34,966 nucleotides of DNA from Aquificaceae bacterium (GTDB lineage: Bacteria > Aquificota > Aquificia > Aquificales > Aquificaceae), in NCBI GenBank assembly GCA_046293375.1, contig JBKBPE010000002.1, positions 1 to 34,966 on the forward strand, in the 5' to 3' direction. Numbering within the stretch: position 1 is the first letter of the stretch; every line of letters begins with the position of its first letter. The notes under the pieces are model-generated. The model was not told the origin of the DNA and searched no databases. It saw only the letters and a list, made by a program, of their open reading frames with translations. The translations under genes were made by a program, and so were the position numbers. This document shows, piece by piece, positions 1 through 8,377 of the stretch.

Positions 1-1
1 C

Positions 2-133
2 TGGGATACGGACCCTTCTTTCTCCAAAATGCTGAAAAACTTCTTTGATGCTGGTCATGAGGTAAAGGCTTACGTGTGCCAAGTTAGTTTAGAAGACATT
101 AAATTAAAAAAAGAGATACCTATCAAACTTTGA
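2..133 (+). CDS. sfsA: 3' end of probable sugar fermentation stimulation protein SfsA (partial, runs off window start)
   Basis: Manual translation of frame 2 gives WDTDPSFSKMLKNFFDAGHEVKAYVCQVSLEDIKLKKEIPIKL*. This fits the SfsA C-terminal pattern (DP.F...L......G.eV.AY.C.v....i.l...ip). Stop TGA at 131-133. Confidence 0.6.
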   Translation, partial: WDTDPSFSKMLKNFFDAGHEVKAYVCQVSLEDIKLKKEIPIKL

Positions 134-144
134 GAGGTGAAGTT

Positions 145-732
145 ATGAGATTGAAGCTTACTATTAAGGATGCTCTGATAGTAGTTGATATGCAAAATGA
201 CTTTATGCCGTGGGGTGCCCTTCCAGTTCCAGACGGAGATAAGATAGTACCCACTTTGAACGGCTACATAGAAACGTTCTCTTCCAGAGGCCTTCCCGTT
301 TATCTTACAAGGGACTGGCACCCTAAGGAACACATATCTTTTGAAGGTCATGGGGGTGTATGGCCTCCCCACTGCATACAGGATACAGAAGGAGCAAAGT
401 TCCACAGGGAACTTTTGATACCGAAAGATAATAAGTTCATCATCTCTAAGGGTACAAGCAGAGATTTTGACGCCTACTCCGGTTTTCAAGGGACTTTTCT
501 TGATGAGCTTCTTAAGGAAAGGGGAGTAAGGCGTGTCTTTGTTGGTGGAGTCGCTACAGACTATTGCGTTAAGAATACAGTTTTGGGAGCTCTTAACCTT
601 GGGTACTACTCCTTTGTCTTGCTTGACGGTATAAAAGGGGTTGATGTGCATCCTGGGGATTCAGACAGAGCCATAGGGGAGATGATGTCAATGGGTGCTG
701 TCTGTGTAGGCTTTGATGACTTGACTTTATAA
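145..732 (+). CDS. pncA: Nicotinamidase/pyrazinamidase (isochorismatase family)
   Basis: Motifs VDMQNDF, DWHP..H, WP.HC, KG...D.YSGF and GVATDYCV (catalytic D/K/C). ATG at 145 follows GAGGTG; the ORF-track start at 130 is TTG overlapping the previous stop. Confidence 0.9.
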   Translation: MRLKLTIKDALIVVDMQNDFMPWGALPVPDGDKIVPTLNGYIETFSSRGLPVYLTRDWHPKEHISFEGHGGVWPPHCIQDTEGAKFHRELLIPKDNKFIISKGTSRDFDAYSGFQGTFLDELLKERGVRRVFVGGVATDYCVKNTVLGALNLGYYSFVLLDGIKGVDVHPGDSDRAIGEMMSMGAVCVGFDDLTL

Positions 733-748
733 ACGTAGCTTATATATT
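721..748 (+). promoter_or_regulatory. Putative sigma70 promoter for hsp20
   Basis: TTGACT (721-726), 16 nt, TATATT (743-748). AAGGAGGT SD lies before ATG 779. Confidence 0.45.
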
Positions 749-778
749 AATTATTAAAAACTGCAAGGAGGTAGGAAC

Positions 779-1210
779 ATGAGAAGAGGGCTTACGCTTT
801 GGAGTCCAATAGCAGAACTTGAAAGGATAAGAAGAGAGTTTGATAGGTTAATATCGGAGATCTGGCCAGCTGAGGAGGTAGAGAGGGCCTTTTCACCGGC
901 TGTTGAAGTATATGAAACAGATAAGGAGGTTGTTGTCAGGGCTGAGCTTCCAGGTGTAAGGAAGGAAGATATTGAAGTTAGCATTAAGGACAACATGCTT
1001 TATCTAAAGGGTGAAAAGAAGGAAGAGAGAGAAGAAAAGACAGAGACAGTGCATAGAGTGGAGAGGGTTTATGGAAAATTTGAAAGAGTAATAACTCTAC
1101 CCTCGGACGTGAAGATGGAAGATATTAAAGCAGAATACAAGGACGGTGTTTTGGATATAAGACTACCCAAAACCCAGGTGTCAAAGGAGAAAAAGATAGA
1201 GGTCAAATAG
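779..1210 (+). CDS. Small heat shock protein, Hsp20/alpha-crystallin family
   Basis: P.VEVYET...VVVRAELPGVRKEDIEV, ERVYGKFERVITLP and AEYKDGVLDIRLPK; strong SD. Confidence 0.93.
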   Translation: MRRGLTLWSPIAELERIRREFDRLISEIWPAEEVERAFSPAVEVYETDKEVVVRAELPGVRKEDIEVSIKDNMLYLKGEKKEEREEKTETVHRVERVYGKFERVITLPSDVKMEDIKAEYKDGVLDIRLPKTQVSKEKKIEVK

Positions 1211-1214
1211 GACA

Positions 1215-2513
1215 CTATTTTTGAAGCACCTTGTTTAGTGAGTTCTTTTCTATATGTGCTCCTAACTTCTTTAACTTTTTATCCATTCTTTCGTATCCTC
1301 TCTCCAGGTGGTGTATATCCCTCACAACGGTTGTTCCTTCTGCTACAAGTCCAGCAAGAACCAAGCTTGCAGAGGCTCTCAGGTCGGTGGAAAATACTTC
1401 AGCTCCAGTTAGTCTTTCCGTCTTTCTTACTATTGCGGTTCTTCCACTTATGTGTATGCTTGCCCCCATCCTCTGAAGTTCCGCCACATGCTGAAACCTA
1501 TTTTCAAATATGTTTTCTGTGACCTCTGAAGTACCATCCGCTATGCAGCACATAGCCATAAACTGGGCTTGCATGTCTGTAGGGAAACCAGGATATTCAG
1601 AAGTTTGCAAGATCAAGGGTTTTATCCTACCATCCTTAGAGTATATCCTTATCCTATCTTTGTCTTTGACATCTATACATGCTCCAGCTTCGTAGAGCTT
1701 CTCCAGTACACTACCCAGATGCTGAGGATAGGCTCCCAAAAGCTCTACATCCCCGCCTGTCATAAAACCTGCAACGAGAAAGGTACCTGCCTCTATCCTG
1801 TCTGGTATAACTTTATGTCTGAAACCACTCAGCTGGGAACTTCCCCTAATTAGGGCAACCCTGCCCTCTATTTGTATTTCAATACCCATTTTTCTGAGAG
1901 CTTCCACAAGGTCTATTACCTCGGGTTCAAGGGCTATGTTTCTTAGGATGCTTCTTTTTTCGCATCTGCTCAGGAACATGAGTGCGTTCTCCGTTCCAGT
2001 TACCGTGATAACGTCAAAGGTATGCTCCACTGGTTTTATCTTTTTGAGTTCCAAGTGTATGTATCCATGCTCAACCCTTATATTGGCTCCACCCTTTTCA
2101 AAAACCTTCAGATGCTGATCTATACTTCTTACACCTATGGAGCATCCTCCTGGCATAGAGACCGTAGCTTTACCAAACCTTGAAAGAAGAGGACCCATAA
2201 CAAGCACAGATGCTCTCATCCTCCGAACAATGTAGTCTGGAGCTATATAGTTGCTTAGGTTGGAAGCATCAACCGTTAAGATTTTATCCTTGTAATCAAA
2301 CTCGGCGCCCAAGATCCTTAGAAGTTCTAATGTGTTTTCTACATCAAGGAGCCTTGGAATGTTCTCAATATAGCAAACTTCATCTGTCATAAGCACAGAC
2401 ATCATCAGAGGAAGGGATGCGTTCTTTGAACCCGATACCTCAACCTGCCCCCTTAGTCTTCTTCCCCCTTCTATTATCAAGCTTTCAGAAGAATAAGATG
2501 TTATGTTTCTCAT
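1215..2513 (-). CDS. murA: UDP-N-acetylglucosamine 1-carboxyvinyltransferase
   Basis: SGSKNA, RASVLVMGP, PGGCSIGVR (active-site Cys loop), PDRIEAGT, GFPTDMQAQ, FENRF, DLRA. Confidence 0.97.
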   Translation of the reverse strand: MRNITSYSSESLIIEGGRRLRGQVEVSGSKNASLPLMMSVLMTDEVCYIENIPRLLDVENTLELLRILGAEFDYKDKILTVDASNLSNYIAPDYIVRRMRASVLVMGPLLSRFGKATVSMPGGCSIGVRSIDQHLKVFEKGGANIRVEHGYIHLELKKIKPVEHTFDVITVTGTENALMFLSRCEKRSILRNIALEPEVIDLVEALRKMGIEIQIEGRVALIRGSSQLSGFRHKVIPDRIEAGTFLVAGFMTGGDVELLGAYPQHLGSVLEKLYEAGACIDVKDKDRIRIYSKDGRIKPLILQTSEYPGFPTDMQAQFMAMCCIADGTSEVTENIFENRFQHVAELQRMGASIHISGRTAIVRKTERLTGAEVFSTDLRASASLVLAGLVAEGTTVVRDIHHLERGYERMDKKLKKLGAHIEKNSLNKVLQK

Positions 2514-2658
2514 CCTTCTTTATTATAATCTTTACTACTTCCCACTTTTTAGAGTAAAGTATGAGCACACCGTCATCCTCTTCTGTGTAGAAGGGTTCTT
2601 CTTCTGAGTATACAACTGTTATTCTGTCCTCCCCATCAAACACCTTTGGATAGTTCAT
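2485..2658 (-). CDS. Small 57-aa hypothetical protein, possibly DUF2283-like; not in the ORF track
   Basis: Manual translation: MNYPKVFDGEDRITVVYSEEEPFYTEEDDGVLILYSKKWEVVKIIIKKDEKHNILFF*. Its ATG overlaps the upstream stop (ATGA, 2655-2658), it fills the gap exactly, and it overlaps the murA start by 29 nt. Confidence 0.65.
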   Translation of the reverse strand: MNYPKVFDGEDRITVVYSEEEPFYTEEDDGVLILYSKKWEVVKIIIKKDEKHNILFF

Positions 2659-2954
2659 ATCCTGACCACTACACAGGTGAGTGCTTCCCTTACACCCTCC
2701 AGCGAGTGTATTTTGTTTATGACCAATCTACCGAGTTCATCTTGATTTCTAAGCTCGGAAAAGACTATGATATCGTATGGACCAGTTACCACATCTGCCG
2801 TTTTGACACCATCAAAGGTGGAGAGAGCCAACATGATGGATGGTATTTCTCTTGGGTCTGCTTTTATTAGAATATAGGCTTTTATAGAATACTCGGATTC
2901 AAGCTCCATCAGCTCTGTTATAGACATAGGATAACCCTCTGAACGCGTTTCCAT
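2655..2954 (-). CDS. Stand-alone Lrp/AsnC ligand-binding (RAM) domain protein
   Basis: KAYILI...GV..ADVVTGPYDIIV...EL..LVINKIHSLEGVREALTCVV; no N-terminal HTH; AAGGAGG SD upstream of ATG 2954. Confidence 0.82.
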   Translation of the reverse strand: METRSEGYPMSITELMELESEYSIKAYILIKADPREIPSIMLALSTFDGVKTADVVTGPYDIIVFSELRNQDELGRLVINKIHSLEGVREALTCVVVRI

Positions 2955-4128
2955 ACTCTACCTCCTTGACGAATATTTTATACAATCTTTCTGCCATAGA
3001 TGGTTGCTTTCTTATCTCTTCTACAACAGAGTGTATAAGCCTTCTTACCGCTGGCTCTTTAGCCTCTAAGTCTTTCCACTCTTCCTTTATCCTTATAATG
3101 TAGTCTTCTACACTTAAGAAATGGAGCCATCTTATGAACTTCTCCACCTCATCCCAGAGGATTATCTCCCCTTTCTCTTTCTCCTTTAACCTTTCTATAA
3201 AGTTTTTCTCTGCTATGCTCTTAAGGTCATCTACATTATAAAGAAAGACCTCATCAAGCCCATCTATGGATGGGTCCGCATTTCTTGGTACTGATATGTC
3301 TATGATGAACATGGGGTTATATTTCCTGACCTTCATAGCCTTTTTTACTTCATCCCTCTTCAGTATGAAATCCTTTGAACTTGTTGACAGAATCACTATA
3401 TCGAATTCACTTATGTATTCAGAGATCCCTTCAAACCTCAGAGCGTGTCCATCAAGCTTTTGTGCAAGCTCCACAGCCCTTTCGTAAGTTCTGTTTGTTA
3501 TGAATATCTGAGCTTGAAACTTTTTCATGTATGTGGATGCAAGCTCTGCCATCTCACCGGCACCAACAAGGAGTACCTTTGCTCTTTTCAAGTCTCCAAA
3601 TATCTTCCTTGCCAGTTCAACAGCAACATAGCTTATAGAGACTGCGTTCTTGCTTATACCCGTCTCCGTTCTTACCCTCTTTGCCGTCCTTAGGGCTTTC
3701 TCGTAGAGCCTGTTGAAGACCTTGCCCGTAGCTCCAACCTCTTTTGCTACTCTAAAGGCTTCTTTGAACTGTGATGTTATCTGGGTTTCTCCAACAACCA
3801 TAGAATCAAGGCTTGAAGCAACGCTAAATATGTGAAGTAATGCCTCCCTTCCCTCCAGAAGGAAGGAGTGCTTCCACAAATTCAAGCTTACCCCCTTTAC
3901 AGCTAAAAAATCGTTTACAAGTTGGCGCATGGAATCATACCCCTTTGCTCTTGAATAGAGCTCAACCCTATTGCATGTGGAAAGGATAACAAGCTCCTTT
4001 ATACCCTTTGTTGCTTTTAATGCTGGAAGTAAGTATTCTATCTCCTCCCTACTGCAGGCGACTCCTTCTCTACACTCAATGGGTGCAGTTTTAAAACTAA
4101 GACCCCATGCAAATATGCTCTCCATCAC
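2899..4128 (-). CDS. hemA: Glutamyl-tRNA reductase
   Basis: LSTCNRVELY, SLDSMVVGETQI, VGAGEMA, NRTYERA, DISVPRN. Start is GTG 4128 or ATG 4125. Confidence 0.96.
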   Translation of the reverse strand: MMESIFAWGLSFKTAPIECREGVACSREEIEYLLPALKATKGIKELVILSTCNRVELYSRAKGYDSMRQLVNDFLAVKGVSLNLWKHSFLLEGREALLHIFSVASSLDSMVVGETQITSQFKEAFRVAKEVGATGKVFNRLYEKALRTAKRVRTETGISKNAVSISYVAVELARKIFGDLKRAKVLLVGAGEMAELASTYMKKFQAQIFITNRTYERAVELAQKLDGHALRFEGISEYISEFDIVILSTSSKDFILKRDEVKKAMKVRKYNPMFIIDISVPRNADPSIDGLDEVFLYNVDDLKSIAEKNFIERLKEKEKGEIILWDEVEKFIRWLHFLSVEDYIIRIKEEWKDLEAKEPAVRRLIHSVVEEIRKQPSMAERLYKIFVKEVEYGNAFRGLSYVYNRADGA

Positions 4129-4144
4129 ATAATAATATAATGCT

Positions 4145-5242
4145 ATGAGAAGGTTTTTTGAGAGTGTAAAGGATGAACTTTGGAGAAACTACAGCTGGCA
4201 GATAAAACACAGAATAAAAACAAGAGAAGGGCTTGAAAGGTACATAAAGCTCCTACCAGAAGAGATAGAAGGGATAGAAAGAACCAAAGGGCTCTACCCC
4301 ATGGCCATAACTCCTTATTACCTTTCTCTGATCAACCCTGAAAACCCAAGAGATCCCATAAGGCTTCAAGCCATTCCAAGGTATGAAGAAACAAATAAGG
4401 AGATTCAAGAGCTTGGAGACCCAGACCCTTTTAAAGAGGAGGGAGAAGTACCTGGGCTAACCCACAGATATCCAGACAGGGTGATGATCACAGTTACAAC
4501 CTTTTGCGCCGTCTACTGTAGACACTGTATGAGAAAGAGAATATTTGCCTATGGGGAAAGGTCAAGGACTAAAGAGGAGCTGTCAGTTATGATAGACTAC
4601 ATAAGAAGGCAGGATGAGATAAAAGATGTGCTCATATCAGGCGGTGAGCCACTTTCTTTAAGCTACGAGAAGTTGGAGTTTCTCCTTTCTGGGTTGAGGA
4701 GCATAAGGCATATAGAGATAATAAGGTTTGGAACAAGGTTGCCAGTCCTTGCCCCACAGAGATTTTTTGACAAAAAGCTTTTGCACATACTTGAAAGATA
4801 CTCTCCCATATGGATAAACACTCATTTTAACCATCCCAACGAAATAACTGAGGAATCTAAGGAGGCCATTGAAAATCTACTCAGAAGAGGTATACCAGTT
4901 AACAACCAGACAGTACTCCTAAAGGGTATAAACGACGAGCCTCAGACCATGCTTGAGCTTTTTAGAGGCTTGCTAAGGATAAAGGTAAAGCCTCAGTATC
5001 TCTTCCACTGTGACCCAATAAAGGGAGCCATACACTTTAGAACGAGCATAGAAAGGGGGATAGAGATAATGAAATATCTGATAGGAAGGCTCTCTGGGAT
5101 GGGTATACCAATATATGCCGTTGACTTACCTGGTGGAAGGGGAAAGGTACCCATAATACCCAACTATATGCTCAAAAAGGATGGGAACAGATATACCTTC
5201 TTAAGCCCATTGGGAGGTACTGTAGATTATGAAGTTGTTTGA
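4145..5242 (+). CDS. KamA-family radical SAM/PLP aminomutase (lysine 2,3-aminomutase-like; KamA or EpmB type unresolved)
   Basis: LTHRYPDRV, CxxxCxxC (CAVYCRHC), SGGEPL, THFNHPNE, NQTVLLKGIND, PGGRGKVP (PLP lysine). Confidence 0.9.
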   Translation: MRRFFESVKDELWRNYSWQIKHRIKTREGLERYIKLLPEEIEGIERTKGLYPMAITPYYLSLINPENPRDPIRLQAIPRYEETNKEIQELGDPDPFKEEGEVPGLTHRYPDRVMITVTTFCAVYCRHCMRKRIFAYGERSRTKEELSVMIDYIRRQDEIKDVLISGGEPLSLSYEKLEFLLSGLRSIRHIEIIRFGTRLPVLAPQRFFDKKLLHILERYSPIWINTHFNHPNEITEESKEAIENLLRRGIPVNNQTVLLKGINDEPQTMLELFRGLLRIKVKPQYLFHCDPIKGAIHFRTSIERGIEIMKYLIGRLSGMGIPIYAVDLPGGRGKVPIIPNYMLKKDGNRYTFLSPLGGTVDYEVV

Positions 5243-6023
5243 TAATATAAAACTGGGTTTTAAAGCCCTTTACCTCTCGGTGTACGAAGGTTACACGTAC
5301 CATGCAGCTTCGCTTACTTATAGCTTTTTGATGATTCTTGGCTCTTTGGCCCTGTTTTCCAACTTTATAGCTTCCTTCTTACCTTTTTTTGATTTTGATA
5401 GGCTTGCAAGCTACTTCTCTCGTTTCTTTCCTCAGCAAGCAGAGGGCATGATGGTTAAAATATTTGAGATATACAGGCATAGGGTGTCTGGCTCCATAAT
5501 ATCTATTCTGATAGCTTACTTTTTCTCAGTTGGATTTTCTAAATCACTACACAGGGCCTTTCTTTATATACTCTCCCAAACCTACAAAGAAAAGGAATAC
5601 ATTTTTTGGATAAAGACGCCAGTGTTTATAATCGCTTATACTCTTTTCCTTCCCTTTATATCTTTGTTCATGTCTGTTATAAAGTATCACCTTGTGGGTT
5701 TCTTTAGCTATATGTTTTACGTTGTAAATCTACTCTCTATCTGGCTTGTCGTTTTCCTTGTGTACTATCTTTTTCTTCCTATTGGGTATAGTATGCTTTA
5801 TCTTTTCCAGGGTGCTCTTTTTGTGTCTATAAGCTCCTTTTTCCTCAACAAGATATTCACTTTGTTTGTAGTTAAAATAATACTTCTAAATCCTCTGTAT
5901 GGTTTGATGGGTTCTGTTCTGCTCTTTTTGATATGGTCAAACTTATCCTTTACCGTCCTCCTTGCTGGAGCAAAATACATACAGCTAATTGAAAAGGAAA
6001 AAAAGAATAACTGCGTTTATTAA
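5229..6023 (+). CDS. YihY/virulence factor BrkB family membrane protein
   Basis: About 6 hydrophobic segments; N-terminal HAASLTYSFL and C-terminal LYGLMGSVLLFLIW..LSF.VLL.GA patterns. Confidence 0.78.
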   Translation: MKLFDNIKLGFKALYLSVYEGYTYHAASLTYSFLMILGSLALFSNFIASFLPFFDFDRLASYFSRFFPQQAEGMMVKIFEIYRHRVSGSIISILIAYFFSVGFSKSLHRAFLYILSQTYKEKEYIFWIKTPVFIIAYTLFLPFISLFMSVIKYHLVGFFSYMFYVVNLLSIWLVVFLVYYLFLPIGYSMLYLFQGALFVSISSFFLNKIFTLFVVKIILLNPLYGLMGSVLLFLIWSNLSFTVLLAGAKYIQLIEKEKKNNCVY

Positions 6024-6416
6024 GCCAGAGACTGCATCATCTGCAACAACGCCATGTCCTTTGGGCAACCTTTCAAAGAGGTTTATAGGATAAGGTTTTA
6101 CGATATCAAGAACACGGAAAGTTATAAAACCAACGAAAACAGTCTTGATGGTTGGTTCAACAAACATATAGGAAAGGAAGTACCCGAGAACCTCGTCTAT
6201 AACCACCTCCTCTGGATCCTTCTCCTTTGTCATCTCTATCATGTAGTTGGCAGACCAAAGGGCCAAAAAGTAAAGGGCTGCTCCAAGGGTCAGCACCATC
6301 CACCATTTGAAAGCGAAAAGGTAAACCAATGGTATACCCAAAAGAGTTCCAAAAGTGCCGGGTGCGTACCTAGCCCTTCCAACGTAAAAACCAGTTGCTA
6401 TAAGTTCTTCAAGCAT
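5985..6416 (-). CDS. pgpA: Phosphatidylglycerophosphatase A
   Basis: G...APGTFGTL, DPEEVVIDEVLG, FRVLDIVKPYPI, GVVADD. Confidence 0.93.
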   Translation of the reverse strand: MLEELIATGFYVGRARYAPGTFGTLLGIPLVYLFAFKWWMVLTLGAALYFLALWSANYMIEMTKEKDPEEVVIDEVLGYFLSYMFVEPTIKTVFVGFITFRVLDIVKPYPINLFERLPKGHGVVADDAVSGLINAVILFFLFN

Positions 6417-6442
6417 GTTAAAATATTATACGGAGGTTTTGG

Positions 6443-6883
6443 ATGGATATACAGCAAGCTCTTTATCCAAACTATACTCTTTTTATACAGGCGGGTCTGT
6501 TTCTTCTCTTTATGGTGTTTGTGAACTACATGTTGGTCAGGCCATACTCAAAGGTTATAGAGGAAAGGGAAAGAATAACGAAAAGGAACTACGAAGAGGC
6601 CAAAGCTCTCAGAGAAGAAGCTTCTAAGCTTCTTTCAGAAGCATTGAAGATACTTGATGAAGGGAAAAGGGAGTCAAATGCTCTGTTGGAAAAAGCAAGA
6701 AAGGAAGCGGAGAAAATGAAGGAAGAGATGATAGCTCGTGCGGAAGGAGAGGCACAGAAGGAGATAGCGAAGGCCCTACATGAGCTCAGAAAGGTGCTGG
6801 AGGAGGAGAAGATAAAGCTAAGGGATAGAGTGGAGGATGTAGCAGTGCTTATAAAGGACAGGCTTTTGGAGGAAGTGGCATGA
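6443..6883 (+). CDS. atpF: F0F1 ATP synthase subunit b' (first b-type subunit)
   Basis: One N-terminal TM (PNYTLFIQ..LFLLFMVFVNYML), then RP...IEER and a long E/K/A coiled coil; GGAGG SD; precedes b and delta. Confidence 0.85.
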   Translation: MDIQQALYPNYTLFIQAGLFLLFMVFVNYMLVRPYSKVIEERERITKRNYEEAKALREEASKLLSEALKILDEGKRESNALLEKARKEAEKMKEEMIARAEGEAQKEIAKALHELRKVLEEEKIKLRDRVEDVAVLIKDRLLEEVA

Positions 6884-7386
6884 CAGAAGGAGGGCACCAT
6901 ACTATAGAGCTCTTATGGAAAGGATTTAACATACTGCTCCTATTGGGTATTGCCTACTTTTTTGCTCGCAGGCCCCTATCTGAAGCTTTTGGCAAGTACT
7001 TTATAGGTATAACGGAGAGGTTAAATCATTCCGAGATGGAGCTTGAATCTGCCAGGCAGGACCTCAAGAGGGCAAAGTTTGAATATGAAGATGCTCAAAG
7101 AAGGTATAAAGAGCAGATAAAGTTGGCTGAGGAAACAGCAGGTTACATCAAAGAAGAAGAGATAAAGAGGGCTCAAGATATTGCAGACAGAATAAGAGAA
7201 AAAGCTAAAGAGGTGATAGAAATAGAAACGAAAAAAGCCAAGGAAGAATTAGTACGCTATGGTATGAGAAAGGCTAAAGAAGTGTCCGCAAGGATACTTG
7301 AAGAAGCCTTCAAGGACCCCCAAATCCAAAGAAGGTACATAGAAAAGTCCATAAGAGAAATGGAGGAAGCATGCAAAAGAATGTAG
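6880..7386 (+). CDS. atpF: F0F1 ATP synthase subunit b (second b-type subunit)
   Basis: LLWK.FNILLLLGIAYFF.RRPL TM followed by coiled coil; ATGA overlap with the preceding gene. Confidence 0.85.
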   Translation: MTEGGHHTIELLWKGFNILLLLGIAYFFARRPLSEAFGKYFIGITERLNHSEMELESARQDLKRAKFEYEDAQRRYKEQIKLAEETAGYIKEEEIKRAQDIADRIREKAKEVIEIETKKAKEELVRYGMRKAKEVSARILEEAFKDPQIQRRYIEKSIREMEEACKRM

Positions 7387-7907
7387 ACCTTGCAAGAAAA
7401 GTAGCCAAAAAACTCATAAACAGCCTTCCAAAGGACAAAAGGACCATGATTCAAACTTCGGATTTTCTTGACTTCTTATCAAAGTTCTACAGAAGGGAGA
7501 AGGGGTTTAGAGATTTTATGCTCAACCCTCTTATACCGGCTGACAGAAAGAAGGCTTACTTGGAGAATCTAAGAGAGAAATTTGGCCTAATCAAGGATAT
7601 GGATAGGATTATGTACTCTCTGGTGGAAATGGGAGCCTTCCCGCTGATAGAAGAGATAAAGAGGTCATACGACCGCGAGATGGAAAACGTACTGAGGTTA
7701 GCCAAAGCTCATCTCACTCTTGCGAAGGATGCAGGCATGGCTCAGGTTGAAAAAATAAAGAACGTTCTTAGTAAGCTTGTAGGAAGAGAGCTAGAGTTTG
7801 AAGTTAGAGAGGACCCTTCGTTGATAGGTGGCTTTGTTGTGAGAACGGCCAGCTTTGTGCTGGACACATCTGTAAAAAGGAATCTTGAAAAAGTATTGAG
7901 AGGATGA
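7371..7907 (+). CDS. atpH: F0F1 ATP synthase subunit delta
   Basis: F..NPLIP..RK and C-terminal EDPSLIGGFVVR....VLDTSVK; follows the two b subunits. Confidence 0.9.
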   Translation: MQKNVDLARKVAKKLINSLPKDKRTMIQTSDFLDFLSKFYRREKGFRDFMLNPLIPADRKKAYLENLREKFGLIKDMDRIMYSLVEMGAFPLIEEIKRSYDREMENVLRLAKAHLTLAKDAGMAQVEKIKNVLSKLVGRELEFEVREDPSLIGGFVVRTASFVLDTSVKRNLEKVLRG

Positions 7908-8332
7908 ACATGGAAAGGACATTGATAATAATAAAGCCCGATGCCTTTGAGAAGTGTGCCACAGGAAAGATAATAGACATATTCTTGTCCCAAGGCTTTA
8001 GCTTAAGAGCTATGAAGCTTCTCAGGTTCACCAAAGAGCAAGCCGAGAAGTTTTACATAGTGCATGAAGGTAGAAGTTTTTATAAAGAGCTTGTGGATTT
8101 TATGATATCTGGTCCAATAGTAGCATGCATCTTGGAAGGAGAGAACGCTATAAAGAGAGTGAGGGACCTGATAGGTCCAACGGATAGCCAGGAGGCAAAA
8201 AAAACAGCTCCAAGCTCTATAAGAGCGCTTTTTGGCACAGATAAAGGGAAAAATGCCATTCACGCTTCGGATTCAAAGGAATCTGCAGATTACGAGATAC
8301 CCTTTGTATTTTCCCAGCTTGAAATAGTATAA
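7904..8332 (+). CDS. ndk: Nucleoside diphosphate kinase
   Basis: ERTLIIIKPDA, FM.SGP, SIRALFG, NAIHASDS (phospho-His). Confidence 0.97.
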   Translation: MNMERTLIIIKPDAFEKCATGKIIDIFLSQGFSLRAMKLLRFTKEQAEKFYIVHEGRSFYKELVDFMISGPIVACILEGENAIKRVRDLIGPTDSQEAKKTAPSSIRALFGTDKGKNAIHASDSKESADYEIPFVFSQLEIV

Positions 8333-8377
8333 TGGACCCCTCTTCCCCTTTGGAATGGTCTCTTTAATTTAAAATAT

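Noticed and set aside
70-651. 193-aa minus-strand ORF opposite pncA
   Set aside because: It is an antisense shadow of a strongly supported gene and shows no family motifs.
720-778. Heat-shock operator (CIRCE or HAIR) upstream of hsp20
   Set aside because: Only a CTTGACT half-site-like sequence is present, with no matching inverted half at the expected spacing.
6054-6524. 156-aa plus-strand ORF across pgpA and the atpF' start, plus the many other 60-140 aa antisense ORFs
   Set aside because: They overlap well-supported genes, and most have the Ser/Phe/Leu-rich composition expected from the reverse complement of Lys/Glu-rich coding sequence.
8334-8370. Possible terminator after ndk (GGACC...TTCC-CCTTT-GGAA...GGTCT, then TTTAATTT)
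   Set aside because: The stem is interrupted and weak and the U-tract is poor, so it cannot be supported without folding calculations.
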